Source: Octopus vulgaris | Taxonomy: Eukaryota | Direction: 5' to 3' | NCBI GenBank assembly: GCA_951406725.2 | Contig: OX597819.1 | Coordinates: 115,568,001 to 115,632,000, forward strand | Length of the DNA: 64,000 nt | Part shown: positions 1-14,781 of the stretch, piece by piece | How positions within the stretch are numbered: the first letter of the stretch is position 1 | How the letters are laid out: every line of letters starts with the position of its first letter | Position numbers and translations under genes: made by a program | The notes under the pieces: generated by a model | What the model saw: the letters and a program-made list of their open reading frames with translations, nothing else | What the model was told of the DNA's origin: nothing | Databases searched by the model: none

Positions 1-300
1 CTGGAAAATATTAACGTATCATGTTTCATGCCAGTTCATAATAATTATGTTTACTTGCTGTGTATAGGTATGACCTCATTATGTACGTCTTTTTGCATGA
101 TATGCATTATAGCCTCAACCAGTCACTGAATCTTTGAAACAGCTGTAAAGATCTATCTTCATATTGTAATATGGATATGTATGTGTAGCATCTCATATAA
201 ATGAATTCTTACCACCTATAACAGCCTGATTTGTGATTATAAATACATACACACATACATATTTACCTACACACACATTTATATGTGCATACAAGCATAC

Positions 301-371
<71 letters not shown>

Positions 372-787
372 CATACACATTTAAAAATACATTAAGAATA
401 GAAAAAAAAGAAAATGCTTTGGAAATTTTATCTTGGAAAATGTATTAATAACATTTTAAAGAAAGTAAACTTCCAGTTTCAGTCGTTTTAAAAGGATGAT
501 TTAGTCATACTGAAATAAAGGGGAAAATAAATTGAAATAAATTAAATTAATTTAAATCTTTCATCACATCAGCCCCGGAAGTTCATACTTTGCCAACAAA
601 AGTCAAATGGTGCGGCGTTTCGTGTCTTTCTGACCGTTTCTGGTTGACACCCAAATACACTCACACATGTAAATTTATATATATATATATGCATACATAC
701 ACATACACACACATATATTTATCACGAACACATACATAGGTACTCATATATTCATATTCATAATTATATATATATATATATTTTTAG

Positions 788-1536
788 GATATCGTATTGC
801 GCCTCGGTCTTATTCTGGAAGAACACTCAGCGTGTTTTGGTGGATATTCGTCTTGGTAACACTGGTTCTTTACATCGGTTCCATGGCAGCGCACTTACTG
901 GCAAACAGACCAAAGAATGCTTTTCTACCATTCACAACTTTTTATGAAATGGCCAAACAAAGTGAAGTCCGTTATGGGGCCTTAAAATCAGGTTCAACTC
1001 TCCGTTATTTTAAAAGGTCATCAGTTGCTATGGAAAGACGTATTTATGAAAACATCATGAAGAATCAAAGTGTTTTGACATCGTCAACAGAGGAAGGTTT
1101 GCAAAGGGTGCGAGAATCAAATGGCATGTATGCCTATATTATGGAAGGCGATCTGGCTGAATTTTTAGTTAGTCAAAAACCCTGTGACCTTATGGTAGTC
1201 GGAGACATAGGAGATCACTCTTATTCCTTTGTCACGCAGAAGAATTCTTTACTGAGTAATGAGGTAAATCATGCTATTATTAGCCTAAAAGAAATGGATA
1301 TTATTGAACAAATACATAAGAAATGGATGCTGGGTGAATGTCACACGACTATCTTTTGGGAAGTCTTCATGGACGGTCAAGCATACTTTGATAAAATCAC
1401 TTCAATACATGACAACATCTTCAGCGGCCTTAACATCACTTTATTTGCTGGCCCTTTGATAATATTGCTCATTGGAATGATTATAGCTGGATCTTTATTG
1501 GTGGCTGAAGTGTTCCTGTCAGGCGGAGATATCAAG
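788..1536 (+). CDS. Internal exon of a divergent ionotropic glutamate receptor-family subunit (end of pore loop, M3, S2 ligand-binding lobe, M4)
   Basis: TTTTTAG acceptor ends at 787 and GTAAGT donor starts at 1537. Translation APRSYSGR..FWWIF..YGALKSGST..EEGLQRVRES.G.YAYIME..KPCDLMVVG..KKW..GEC..AG.LIIL follows the AMPA/kainate/IR M3-S2-M4 layout. Upstream exons lie outside the window. Confidence 0.92.
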
Positions 1537-1589
1537 GTAAGTATATAAATTATTATTACTATTATTATTTTATATACGCACAACAGATT

Positions 1590-3440
1590 AGACTGTTGGA
1601 AAAATTCCTAACATCGGGTTACAACAAGTAATCTTAGATGCCAAGAACTCTCCGAAGTATTCTAACTGTCCCTAATAACACTTTTTTCTGGAGTTGCACA
1701 AGACTATGTTTTATGCCTATTTTCCATGTCCATCTGTTCAAATACTTAGTGATAGTTACTAATAGTTCCCATAGTCTCTGTAATTAAATGGCTAGATCGT
1801 AGTACTTTGCTATTTTTTCTATACCTCTCATATTGACTTTCTCATCATTTGGAACTGTAAAGTTATATGGTACTTTTTATTCTTTTTGTCTACTAAATCA
1901 AGACTTCTAGTTTCTATTACTCTGTCCATCTCAATGTTAAAGTCCCACAACATCTTTCTTACTTTTTACTAATTTACTAGGTTCATGTTCATACCATCTA
2001 TCATTATCGTAAAATCCTAGATTCCTACATAATTCCCAGTGGATTATGCTCTCTAGGTTGTCATGACTATTCTTGTATTCTTTCTGTACCACCATGCTAT
2101 ATTCACTTACTATATGAGTAGCACTATCTTTTTTTGATTTACATAACCGACATTAGGAATCTACCTGGTTTTTGTTTATTTAGGCTTTTATCCAATTAGT
2201 CCTTAATGCTTGATCTTGTGCAGCTACTAACAAACTTTCTGCCTCCCTTTTCTGCTTCTCTTTCTGCAAACATAATCATGTCTCACTACTACTATTTGCT
2301 GTAATTATCTTTGGGAATCTACCACGAAAAGTCTTCTCTTGCCTGACAGATAATGTTTCTTCTGGGTTTTAACTTTATTTGGCTTTTTGGTTTCCTTATA
2401 TCTTGTGACACTAGCAGCTCTTAAGCTTTCTTCACTATTACCTACATAGGAGTCTATATCTACTCTAGCTGACTGGAGCGTATATTAGCCGACGCGTTGT
2501 GTTAACAACAAACAAGATGAGGACAAATATCCATCGAATGTAAATAATGTAAACAGTATTTCTGCAAGCATAATCATATCTCTCTGCTACTATTTGCTGC
2601 AATTATCTTTGGGAATCTACCATGTTAAGTCTTCTCTTGCCAGTCTGATATCCTTCTTCCTTTCTTGGGTTTTAATTTCATTTGGCTTTTTGGTTTCCTT
2701 ATGTCTTGTGACTCTAGCAGCTCTTAAATTTCTTTCACTATTACCTACATCTACTCTAGCTAACACCACACAGTCTTACACTGATATTAACCCTATTCTA
2801 TCTTACCTTTCCAGGTAAGTATAATCTTACTACTCCTGTTCTTGAGAGAGGTCCTCTATTTGTACTGAATTTCTTCTTACTTCTGTGTAGACTTGCTCAT
2901 TCAGATTTTGTCCAATCTACAAATTCGGACCATTTAGCTTTGACTTCATTAGCTTTCTCACCCTTCTGATGTACTTCTCAGTTTTCGTTTTCCTTTCTAT
3001 AGTTAGTGCTCTGTTAGATATCTAATACTCCTAGATACTTACAACTCTCCCCTTTTAATGATTTTAATGTCTGGCCATCTGGTAATTGGACGCCTTCACT
3101 GTTGACTACCCGACCCTTTTTCATGACTAATATTTCACACTTATTAGGCGGGGGTGAGCTGGCAGAAACGTTAGCACGCCGGGCGAAAATGCTTAGCGGT
3201 ACTTCGTCTGTCGTTATGTTGTGAGTTCAAATTCCACCGAGGTCGACTTTGCCTTTCATCCTTTCGGGGTCGATTAAACAAGTACCAGTTGCGCACTGGG
3301 GTCGATGTAATCGACTTGATCCCCTTGTTTGTCCCCTCTATGTTTAGCTCCCTTGAGGGTAATAAAGAAATAAATATTTCACACTTATCTATACCAAATT
3401 CCATCTCTATATCTTTACTAAAGAGTCTTACCGTTTGTAT
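1590..3440 (-). mobile_element. Degenerate R4/Dong-like RLE non-LTR retrotransposon fragment
   Basis: Minus-strand remnants MEFGIDKC, YKYLG, AAQDQAL, LWDF and LGILDY-type tail, with stops and frameshifts; interrupted by a SINE. Confidence 0.7.
3147..3372 (+). mobile_element. tRNA-derived SINE family A (GGCGAGCTGGCAGAA..GAGTTCAAATTCC..GCCTTTCATCCTTTCGGGGTCGATAAA)
   Basis: A/B-box-like head. Further copies near 3560, 17998-18330, 19567, 29958, 43010-43430, 45870, 50296, 50838, 54835-55455, 58585-59025 and 59222. Confidence 0.85.
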
Positions 3441-3508
3441 TAAATAATCTATTTATTTTTTTAATATATTTTTTATGATCTGAAGCCTTTTAGTAAGAAT
3501 AAAAAAGA

Positions 3509-3557
<49 letters not shown>

Positions 3558-3779
3558 AAGGAGGCGAGCTGGCAGAATCGTTTGCACGCTAGACGAAATG
3601 CTTAGCGGTATTTAGCCCGTCGCTAAGTTCTGATTGAGGCTGACTTTGATTTTCATCCTTTCGGGGTCGGTAGATTAAGTACCAGTGAAACACTGGGGTG
3701 GATGTAACCGACTAGTCCCCTCTCCCAAAATTTCAGGCCTTGTATCTATAGTAGAGAGAATTGTTATAATTATTAGTAT

Positions 3780-6700
3780 ATGAAAACTCACAGCTCATTT
3801 TGCTGGGTATGATGGGAAGTATTAGCTGTCCACAGCCAGCAGACTAAGGTGACACTTGTTTACTGGTCATGCTTCAAGAACCCTGCGATGAATTCTTGCA
3901 GTTCTAAGCAATCCTTTTCAACCATGTTGGTAGCTGAATGCTGATACGTCCCCGTATACCAATTACTATTGGTATCACGTCTACTCTCTTCATTGAGCAC
4001 AACCTTCGTATTTCTCACTTTAAATCGTCGTAGCTGTTTATTTTTTTCTTCGATTTTCATATTAATCCTTTTGTCACCGGGACATGTTATGTCGATAATC
4101 ATACATGTTCTTTCTTTTTTATTCACCACAACAATGTCCTGTTTTCTATGTCTGGTCAGGTGATCGTACTGGATCATTACATCCCACAGGATTTTGCAGT
4201 TCTGATTTTCGGTGACTCCTTGTGTGTTTTTTTTCATACCACGTCTTTGCTCTTTGTAGGCCGTGATTTCCACAGAACTCGCAATGGATCATTCTTACCA
4301 CATTGTCATGGTGTCGTTTGTATTCGTGCATTCGCTAACGATGTGCCATACTCTTTCACCCCTCTTACCTCACATTCTGCATTTGTCGCTATCGGTAGTG
4401 TTGTCAAATCTGCGCTTCATATAATTGGTTATCAACGCTTGTTCCTGGGCTGAATGTATCTGTCTCTATCTTCAGGTCACTCCTCCTCATTGATAGCCAC
4501 CTGTATCTGTCTTGGCGTTCTAATCTCTTGCAAACTGGCCGTACATTTTTTCCTTTCATGCCTTTCATACCACTTTTTTGCTCTGTCAAGTCCATACTTG
4601 TTGCAGAGTGTCCAATGGACAATCCTTGTTATATTATGACATCGCTTATATTCTTTCTGGGCTAGTGGCGTACATTGGCTGGTAATATGCCAGACTGTTT
4701 CCCCATTTTGTCTACAAATTCTGCACTTATTTGATGTGTTCTCTATTCTGTATTTGATGTAATTGGTTCTTAATGCTTGCTCTTAGGCAGCACAGGTTAG
4801 AGCTTCCGTTTCCATTTTTAAATTACTTTTACTCATCCATAGCCATCTTTTTTCTGTGTCTGTCTTATCTTCAACATCCCTGAGAAGTTGTCCATGCATT
4901 CTTTTCTTTATCCGCCTATTTTCAGTTTGATTCATTCTCAAGTGCTTGCACAGTGCTTTATTTTTGCAATCTTCCATCCTGCACAAGCCTGACCTTCTTA
5001 CTTCCAATAATAGCAGTTCTGAGACATTTGTTACATACCACGTTATGTTGTTTTATTTTGCTCTAATGCTGTGTTCGCATCCAAACAGTCCCCTTCCTCC
5101 TCTCTTTCTTTGTACATACAGTCTGTGTGAGTCACTTTTTGGATTGAATATCCTATATCTAGTTAGCGACTTCCTTGTCTTTCTGTCTAAGCTGTTTAGT
5201 TCGTCTACTGTTCATGCGATCACCCCTGCTCTATATCTAAGGAGTAAAACCGCCCAGGTGTTGATCGCTTCAATCGTATTCCGTCCGTTTAATTTCAAAT
5301 TAAGGATCCGTCTCAGTCTGCCCAAGTACTCCACCTTAAATATTTTTGTCATTTTTTTCTCCATCAATTTATCAATTTCAAATATCCCCAAGTACTTATA
5401 GCCCACCTCTTCTATTTGTTTCATAACCTCCCCCAACGGTATCGCTGGCCCGTCCATACATTTGATATTTGCCTTTCTTCAAGACTAACACATCACACTT
5501 TTTTAGTTTTAACTCCATTCTGATATCAGCACTGCAAGTATGCACCGTATCAACGAGGGAACTGACTTGGGATTCATCTTTACTATAAAGTTTGAAGTTT
5601 TCCATAAGTAATAAATGGTTGACTTTATGTTGGCGTTTCTTTGATACACACCCAGCCTTTGCTCTCCTCAGAATCACTGTTAGTGGTATCAAGCACAGTA
5701 CAAAGATCAGTGAGGACAGGCAGTCTCCTTAGAAGATGCCTCTCCTGATTTCTATTTCCCTAAACTTCTTCCGTATGCTGTCAGGTCCGTCCTCCACTTC
5801 ACCATACTTTTTCCAAGCAATCGCTCAACATTTGATGCAATACCAAATAGGTTCATACATTCCATAATTCAAGAATGTGGGATCATATCGTACACCTTAC
5901 AATAATCGATCTATGACATAACTAAGTTAGTTTTCCTCCTCTTGCAGTCTCTGAGTACAGTTTTGTCTATCAGGAGTTGATCCTTGGTATCTCTGCTCTT
6001 ACGTTTGCAACCCTTCTGCTCATGTGGCAGGACTCCATTTTTTCGTATATTAACTGCGACTATTTTTGTCAATAATTTCTACACAAGTGGCAAGCAGGAT
6101 ATCGGCCTGTAATTGTCTACCGTATTGCCTTTTTCGAAGTTTTTCAGGCATAGCACCAACCCATTGTCGACCACTCTGGTGTTACTTGGTCGGTATTTAA
6201 CAGGGTGTTGAGTTGTGCAGCTATTCATGCATGGCATTCACCAAATCTTTTTATCCAGTAACCTTGAACTCCGTCTGGTCCTGGGGCCTTCCAGTTTCCC
6301 ATTTTGTTGCTGATTTCCTTTACTTCCCAAACTGAAATGAGTAGTTCTGCCTGTTTTGGACAGACTACTGTTTATTTCAGTTCTTGCAACCATTCAGCAT
6401 CCTTATTGTGCTCCTTGTCTTTGCTCCAGATGTCACTCCAAAACTTTTGGTTTTCAATGCTATCTGGTATCAACTTTTCATCTGTACACACTCCATTTAC
6501 TTCTTTGTAAAATCCCTTCTGATCTTCTCTGAAAAACCTATTCTGCTGGTATCCCTTCCTTCTTTGGTTGTATTTTACTATTTTTGCTTTCTTTGCAGCG
6601 ATGCGCTGTTTCAGTTTCTCCATTACCACTTTCAGGCCCTTACCTTCAATATCATATTTCCTGTTCAGTGCTCTGTATTTTTATTTGCTTTTAAGCCCCG

Positions 6701-7670
6701 CCCTTATCTTTTCGGTCTAACACAGAAATGTTTTTCGAGAACATGTCTAACCCCGCCTGTATTTTTCTTTTCCACCATGGATCTTTTCTTTTTTTTATGA
6801 CATCAACACCCATATTTTCTGCTATAACAATACTTACTGCCTTGATCAAATTATTTGTTTCTGTGATGGTTTTTGTTCTGATGTATTTCATTCACATTTG
6901 TTCGTTTCTTGGTTCAATTTCCACCGATCAACCTTTTTAAGGCTGCAAATAATGTCGCTATCGTTCTCCTGTAGCCTTGCCTTTATTCTGTCGTAGATTG
7001 TCTTTTGCCCATCTGTCATATCACCATTAGTTTCATTGTCTTCTTCCAGACCATCTATTTGTCTCTCATTGACAAGCTATCACTGTTTCTTGTGGTTTAT
7101 TAGAGATCTCACCTCTGTTTTCTGCCATGAGATTAATTTTATCAATAAGAACTTTATTTTTATCGTTCTTACTGTTGCTGTTATCCAATACCCGTCTTTT
7201 GATAGCCTCGAGCTGTACTTCTGTGAGCCAACGTTTTTTTTCTTATTGCTCTAGTTTGATCACATAATCTTTATTCCGTGAGTTGAAACAATCCTCACTC
7301 TCTCTCCATAATACGTTGTCGGTATCCCCTAATAAGAACACCATTTTCGTCTACAGGGTTGCTCAGGTCGTAACACTCCATAACCACAGCATTGACTTGT
7401 TTGTCCCATCTACGCCGTGTGTGCTGGTCCCTTGCTGAATAACGACAGGCTGGAGTCAGACCAGTATCTCTGAGCCTGCTGGGCGCAACCCTGTCACCAT
7501 CAAGGGCTTTAGTTTCATTACCACCGCTATTCACAATATTTTGTTTTTTCATTGTCATTCGTATGAGGTAGCGATTATTAGGTTGCGCAATTACCAGTGT
7601 TTTTATCGTGACACCATTACTAGATATATCATCAATCAGGACATGGGGAGATTCCAACCGCTTCCTTTCA
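3780..7670 (-). mobile_element. Long degenerate R4/Dong-like RLE LINE
   Basis: Minus ORF pieces cover the N-terminus (VMECY..RGYRQR, DPWWKR), RT (HLLLMENFKLY, YKYLG) and RLE (ILWD..QDIVVV..IIDITCP). Confidence 0.8.
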
Positions 7671-7730
7671 TAATTATTATTATCATCACTGATTTTATTA
7701 TTTTCATTTTTTTTACTATCTGTTATTGTT

Positions 7731-10064
<2,334 letters not shown>

Positions 10065-10107
10065 TCACCTTGTTTTATTTTTTATTACTGATAGAAAAAT
10101 GATACAC

Positions 10108-10173
<66 letters not shown>

Positions 10174-10257
10174 TGATGGTCACATCGTTGAATTTTTCTT
10201 TTTTTCTTTCTATGAATTTTGCTGTGGTTTACAGTTATTATTATTATTATTATTATC

Positions 10258-10720
10258 ATTATTGAGTGAGAGAGTAGTGCATGCCATCAAAGTGATACTG
10301 GGGTAAAATATACCAAGCCCAGTATACCCATCATGACTACCCGTCTGAAAAGGGTACACCAGGCACATGCATCACAACCATATGTGCGCGACATGGTGAT
10401 CTCATATCAAGATAAACAGCACATGACCTTGCAGGTGGGGCCCAGTTAGAATTTTCTTCCCGCTCAAAAAGTCCCTGAATAAGGATTGTTTAAGGATGTT
10501 GAACGAACCACCCATGTTTCCAAGGTGAATTATCCAAACCTCCAAGAATTCCTTTCAACACATGGCTATGATTCTCCTCCACTACTTCTGCTCATGATCA
10601 GAGATGCACATATCGTCAGCCACTAAGGGACATACTCAACTGGTTAAGGTCAAACAACTGACAATCAAATCTGTGGTATTGAGCAGAATATTTGCTGTAG
10701 CCTATCTTTTATACCAAGAC
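10258..10720. repeat. Unclassified interspersed repeat bounded by (ATT)n/(AAT)n
   Basis: Its first ~130 bp recur inverted at about 48890-49008, again adjoining (AAT)n. Confidence 0.6.
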
Positions 10721-10722
10721 AA

Positions 10723-10827
<105 letters not shown>

Positions 10828-11067
10828 TATTATTATTATTAAAATTGGGTAAAATCCTCAATGACGACACTATTTCTACGACAAGAAACAATCCCAGTTG
10901 TTACATACAGTTCACTCAAATTTTTAATTACGTATACCTTCTCAAATACAAGCATTCACCCACATACACACAAAGTCCCAGACCCACGTATTACTTCAAT
11001 TGCTCAAACTATTTTATCATTCAGTTGACTCTCTCCAAATGTATTTTTCTTTTATTTACATGTACAG

Positions 11068-11127
11068 CGTAGTAATATCGGTGAAGATGGCCACCAGCTT
11101 CAAGAAAGCTTTAATGAACAAAATTAA
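11068..11127 (+). CDS. Candidate terminal coding exon of the iGluR-like gene (RSNIGEDGHQLQESFNEQN*)
   Basis: Pyrimidine-rich acceptor (TTTTTCTTTTATTTACATGTACAG) in the first non-repeat DNA after the LINE-filled intron. Phase 0 matches the 1536 donor, and the frame is open to TAA at 11125-11127. No homology support. Confidence 0.45.
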   Translation, partial: RSNIGEDGHQLQESFNEQN

Positions 11128-11619
11128 TTGAGGTAGAAGCAACTTTTTACTGGACATGCGCAGATGAGCGATGAGGTGATGAGTCGGAAAATCGGTGAGG
11201 CAAAAGATGAACAAGTTACTGATAAGTGGATCATTAAAACACACTTGTACTAACTTGACTCTCTGGTCTTTATAATATATTTATTCTATTTGTGTCTTAT
11301 ATGCATGTAGCTTCAATTTTCTTTTGAAATGTCTCTGAATAATTTGTAAACCAATTTCCTTTCTTAATTTTCTAACGTTCATGTCTCAAAACGGATGGAG
11401 GCCATCGTAGCATTGAGGACTATTAAAAAGGAAAAGAAGGGGCCTACAAATTCCTGGCTAGCTATTTCAAGAGGCGACACCTAGTAGTGTTCGATACGTC
11501 TTCCCTGTTACAATGTTTGAATACTTCTCTACTTGTCAGTCATGGGTTCCGCACAACTTCCATTTCCACACTTGACAAAGTACGATTCGAAACAACCATC
11601 GACTAACAATTTTATGTCA

Positions 11620-11684
11620 AAAAAATTGTTCGTAAACCGATTTGTTCGTAATGAGAGGCGTTCGTAAACCGAAGTTCTACTGTA
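11620..11684. mobile_element. One end of a Tigger/pogo-like MITE
   Basis: Minus strand TA-CAGTAGAACTTCGGTTTACGAAC with repeated TTCGTAA motifs; partner end not found. Confidence 0.45.
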
Positions 11685-13386
11685 TTTACAGTTTCACTGT
11701 CAGAAATCAATTTACTTCATATCTCTTTCATTTTCTGAATTCTTACCATGTAAACATCTTGCCAATGAGAAAAAATCCTCCCCGATAAGAACAAAACTTC
11801 TAAATTGGATGAAAAAATTTGAAGCGTTGCTTTGGTGTAATGGTTTGCGTGTCTGTCATTCTTACAAAAAAGTAGGTTCGGGTCCTGTGGTCAACGTGCT
11901 ACTTTTTTCCATCCAGAGGACTCTTTATCATCCAATAGTCTATATGCTATCATTTATAGCTTTATGGACTTTGAGCCCCACAGTTAAAAATAATTTACTC
12001 TACGACTCCATATTTTTTTGTACGCATAAAAATGTGTATTTCATTTTGTGCAATGCATGTTATTTAGAAGTGCTTATTCTGTGATTGTAAGAATGTCAGG
12101 AATTCTGATCTCGGCTAAAGACAATCTGCTTTCTCCAGTAGAAAAGTGTTTTCACTAAGTGCTCGGCATCACAGTTTCCTGTCCTCACCAAAAAATGCTG
12201 TCTTACAATTCACTAGATTTGAAACCGAAAGTCATCTCTTTATTGATAGTACAGCAACATTATAATTCACAAACAAAAATTCAACACAATATGTATCGGA
12301 AAGAGACAAACATCGCCACAGCAGTGAATCATGAGAACGTCAGACGCGTTTCGCCTTTCTTGGAGCTTGTCATCCCTGTCAATGGTGTGTATTTGCTGAA
12401 TATGATACACAGATGGCATTTATAATTTAATGCTGTTTCAATTGCGTACACTGAGTTTATTTACGCTCGGCAAGCTGTGCGCAATGTTAGTGAATGTGTT
12501 ATTCGCTGGTCGCTATATGACGGATGTAACATATTCCGTCTAGGAACGAGTCAATTGGGTATTTGTCACTGACTAGGCCCAAGAAAGGAAAACACGTTTG
12601 ATGTTCATGAGAGTCGCTGCTAGGACGATACTCGTCTTACTCCAAAATATATTGTGTTTTTAACAAGACATGTCTGTGAAGAAATTTTCTCGCAGACATT
12701 TTGCAAACTATAGCATCAAGTCTTTCAATGGTGTATATACGGTAAGTACAGCTTACAGATGGTTATTTCAATTCAATGCTGGTTCTGTTGCTTGCATTTT
12801 ATTTTAGGAACAATGTCTATTTTGCAATAAAATAATCAAGAATAAAGGCACTTGGGAAGCAAATGTCATCCATTGTCAGACAAGATTTTATCAAATCATT
12901 TCTCAATGTTATGACTTCGGCAGATTGAGAAATTTATTGGAGGAGATGATCTGATTTACAGAGTCGTGGAATGGTTTTAAAACTTGTCCATTATTAAATG
13001 CTTTATTACTGACATCGTCAACAAGAAACGATTGGGAAAACAGTCAGGTGAAAAAAATTCACAACTTGAACACCAGATGTTGAGAATCAACGAATATGTG
13101 TCACTAAAAGAAAGCAGCCTGAGCGCAAGATTAGATAAAACAAGCATTTAATTTGAGACATAATTGTCGTATATATAGAAATTACTTAACTTCACAATAT
13201 CCTTTTATGGATGACCTAAAATAAAGTTAAATAGGGGAAGCACACATATGTCTACCCACACACACTTCTAACATATACCTAAGTTATCAGCTGATTACTG
13301 TAAACTAAAGAGACTCTATTTCAAAGTTGTCTTAAAAAGGGCTTCTACTGTACACACACACGCACAGACATGTATACACACACACA

Positions 13387-13453
<67 letters not shown>

Positions 13454-13724
13454 CAGCACTGTCTGAAATCAATGTGACCATCACTCAGAATGCTTTTGGT
13501 AGTACCAGTGTACCAACATTTCGGATACTAGACTGGACATTTGAAGAGATCTTCAAATTGAACGACGCTTGCAGGATCTATGTTTAAACGGAGGGATGGA
13601 TACAGAAGCATAAGACCAATCCAGACGGCCTTTGAGTGTGACATAATATCATTTAGATAATAGAAAAGAGAGAAATGAATAACAAAGTGCAAAAATAACG
13701 CAGTTAAATTAAATGAAGAACTCA

Positions 13725-13980
13725 TCATCATCATCATTGTTCGACCGTGGTTGAGACAATGGAATTTACCATGCTACGCCAGACTTCACGGTCCATCATG
13801 GCATTACGGAGGTCCTGTTGCTGGATGCCTGTATCCCTGGAGGTTACATCAGGGTAGGAGAGTGTGCGCCCTCTGGTATCGCGAGTAGATGGCTTCCAGA
13901 GGAGAAGAGTAGAAATTACCTCTTTTTCAGCTCTACAACAATGTCCAGCAAACTGGACTCTCTTACCTTTCACAAGAACT
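13725..13980 (-). mobile_element. RTE-like LINE 3' end with (GAT)n tail
   Basis: RVQFAGHCCR..LLWKP..GRTLSYPD..AMMDREVWR; near-identical to 60210-60535. Confidence 0.8.
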
Positions 13981-14519
13981 ACTCAGCAGGTAGTCCGAGT
14001 GTACAGCTGTTCTATGTGAACCACGGATAGCTGGTTTAACTTACTTAACATAAACGTGGTGAAGAAAATACTCATTCCAGCAAAAAGGTAAGCATCGCTG
14101 AAGAATACCAACAACATTGACAATTAATCATTGGCATGATTAATAGATTCACGGGGAGTTGGGATACCAACATCTCATCTCATCTAGAAGGCTACGTCTT
14201 TTCAGTGCAAAAACATGAAATACGTATTAAAACATTAGAGTTAAGGCTGTTCCTAAACGTCCACGACGTGATGGAAAGTATAGATTGCATATCCAATGTT
14301 TAAGATATCACACAGAGTATCAGCACCTGTCCAAATTTATCCGCAAAGTATTACTGTTTTGGGAAGATAGATAAAGTATTACATCTAGGCAGTTGGTTGA
14401 AAGGGTATCGAAAGTAATGCTTATTATTAGCGTCTATCTGTGTTGTACGTATTCTGACTTGAAGTTCTATCTTCAAGCTTGCATTTGAGTTACAAAGTAA
14501 AAGTTAATTTTAATGCTGC

Positions 14520-14781
14520 CACTGGCTCGGGAATGAAATTTGCTTAGGGGTTGCAAACCCAGGTCCAAAAATATTTACAAAAAAGGTCTATTTTTTGTTA
14601 TTTTTGTGTTTTGCTCTTTGAGAAGGAACCTAACTTCAAGCTACTTTTTACACATCACTTTTTATTTACCGTTTTCTAAACCCGAGGAAAATAAATAGGG
14701 CTGCAAATTTTGGTTCTGCACTCCGCAAAAATTCTAGGGGGTGCACTTGCACCACTTGCACCCCCTGTTCTCGGGCCCATG
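14520..14781. mobile_element. hAT-like MITE
   Basis: CA...TG ends, imperfect TIRs, perfect 8-bp TSD AATGCTGC. Confidence 0.75.

Noticed and set aside
193-448. Short ORFs rich in HT, CV, YI, LSIY or poly-I/L throughout the ORF track
   Set aside because: They are translations of microsatellites, not genes.
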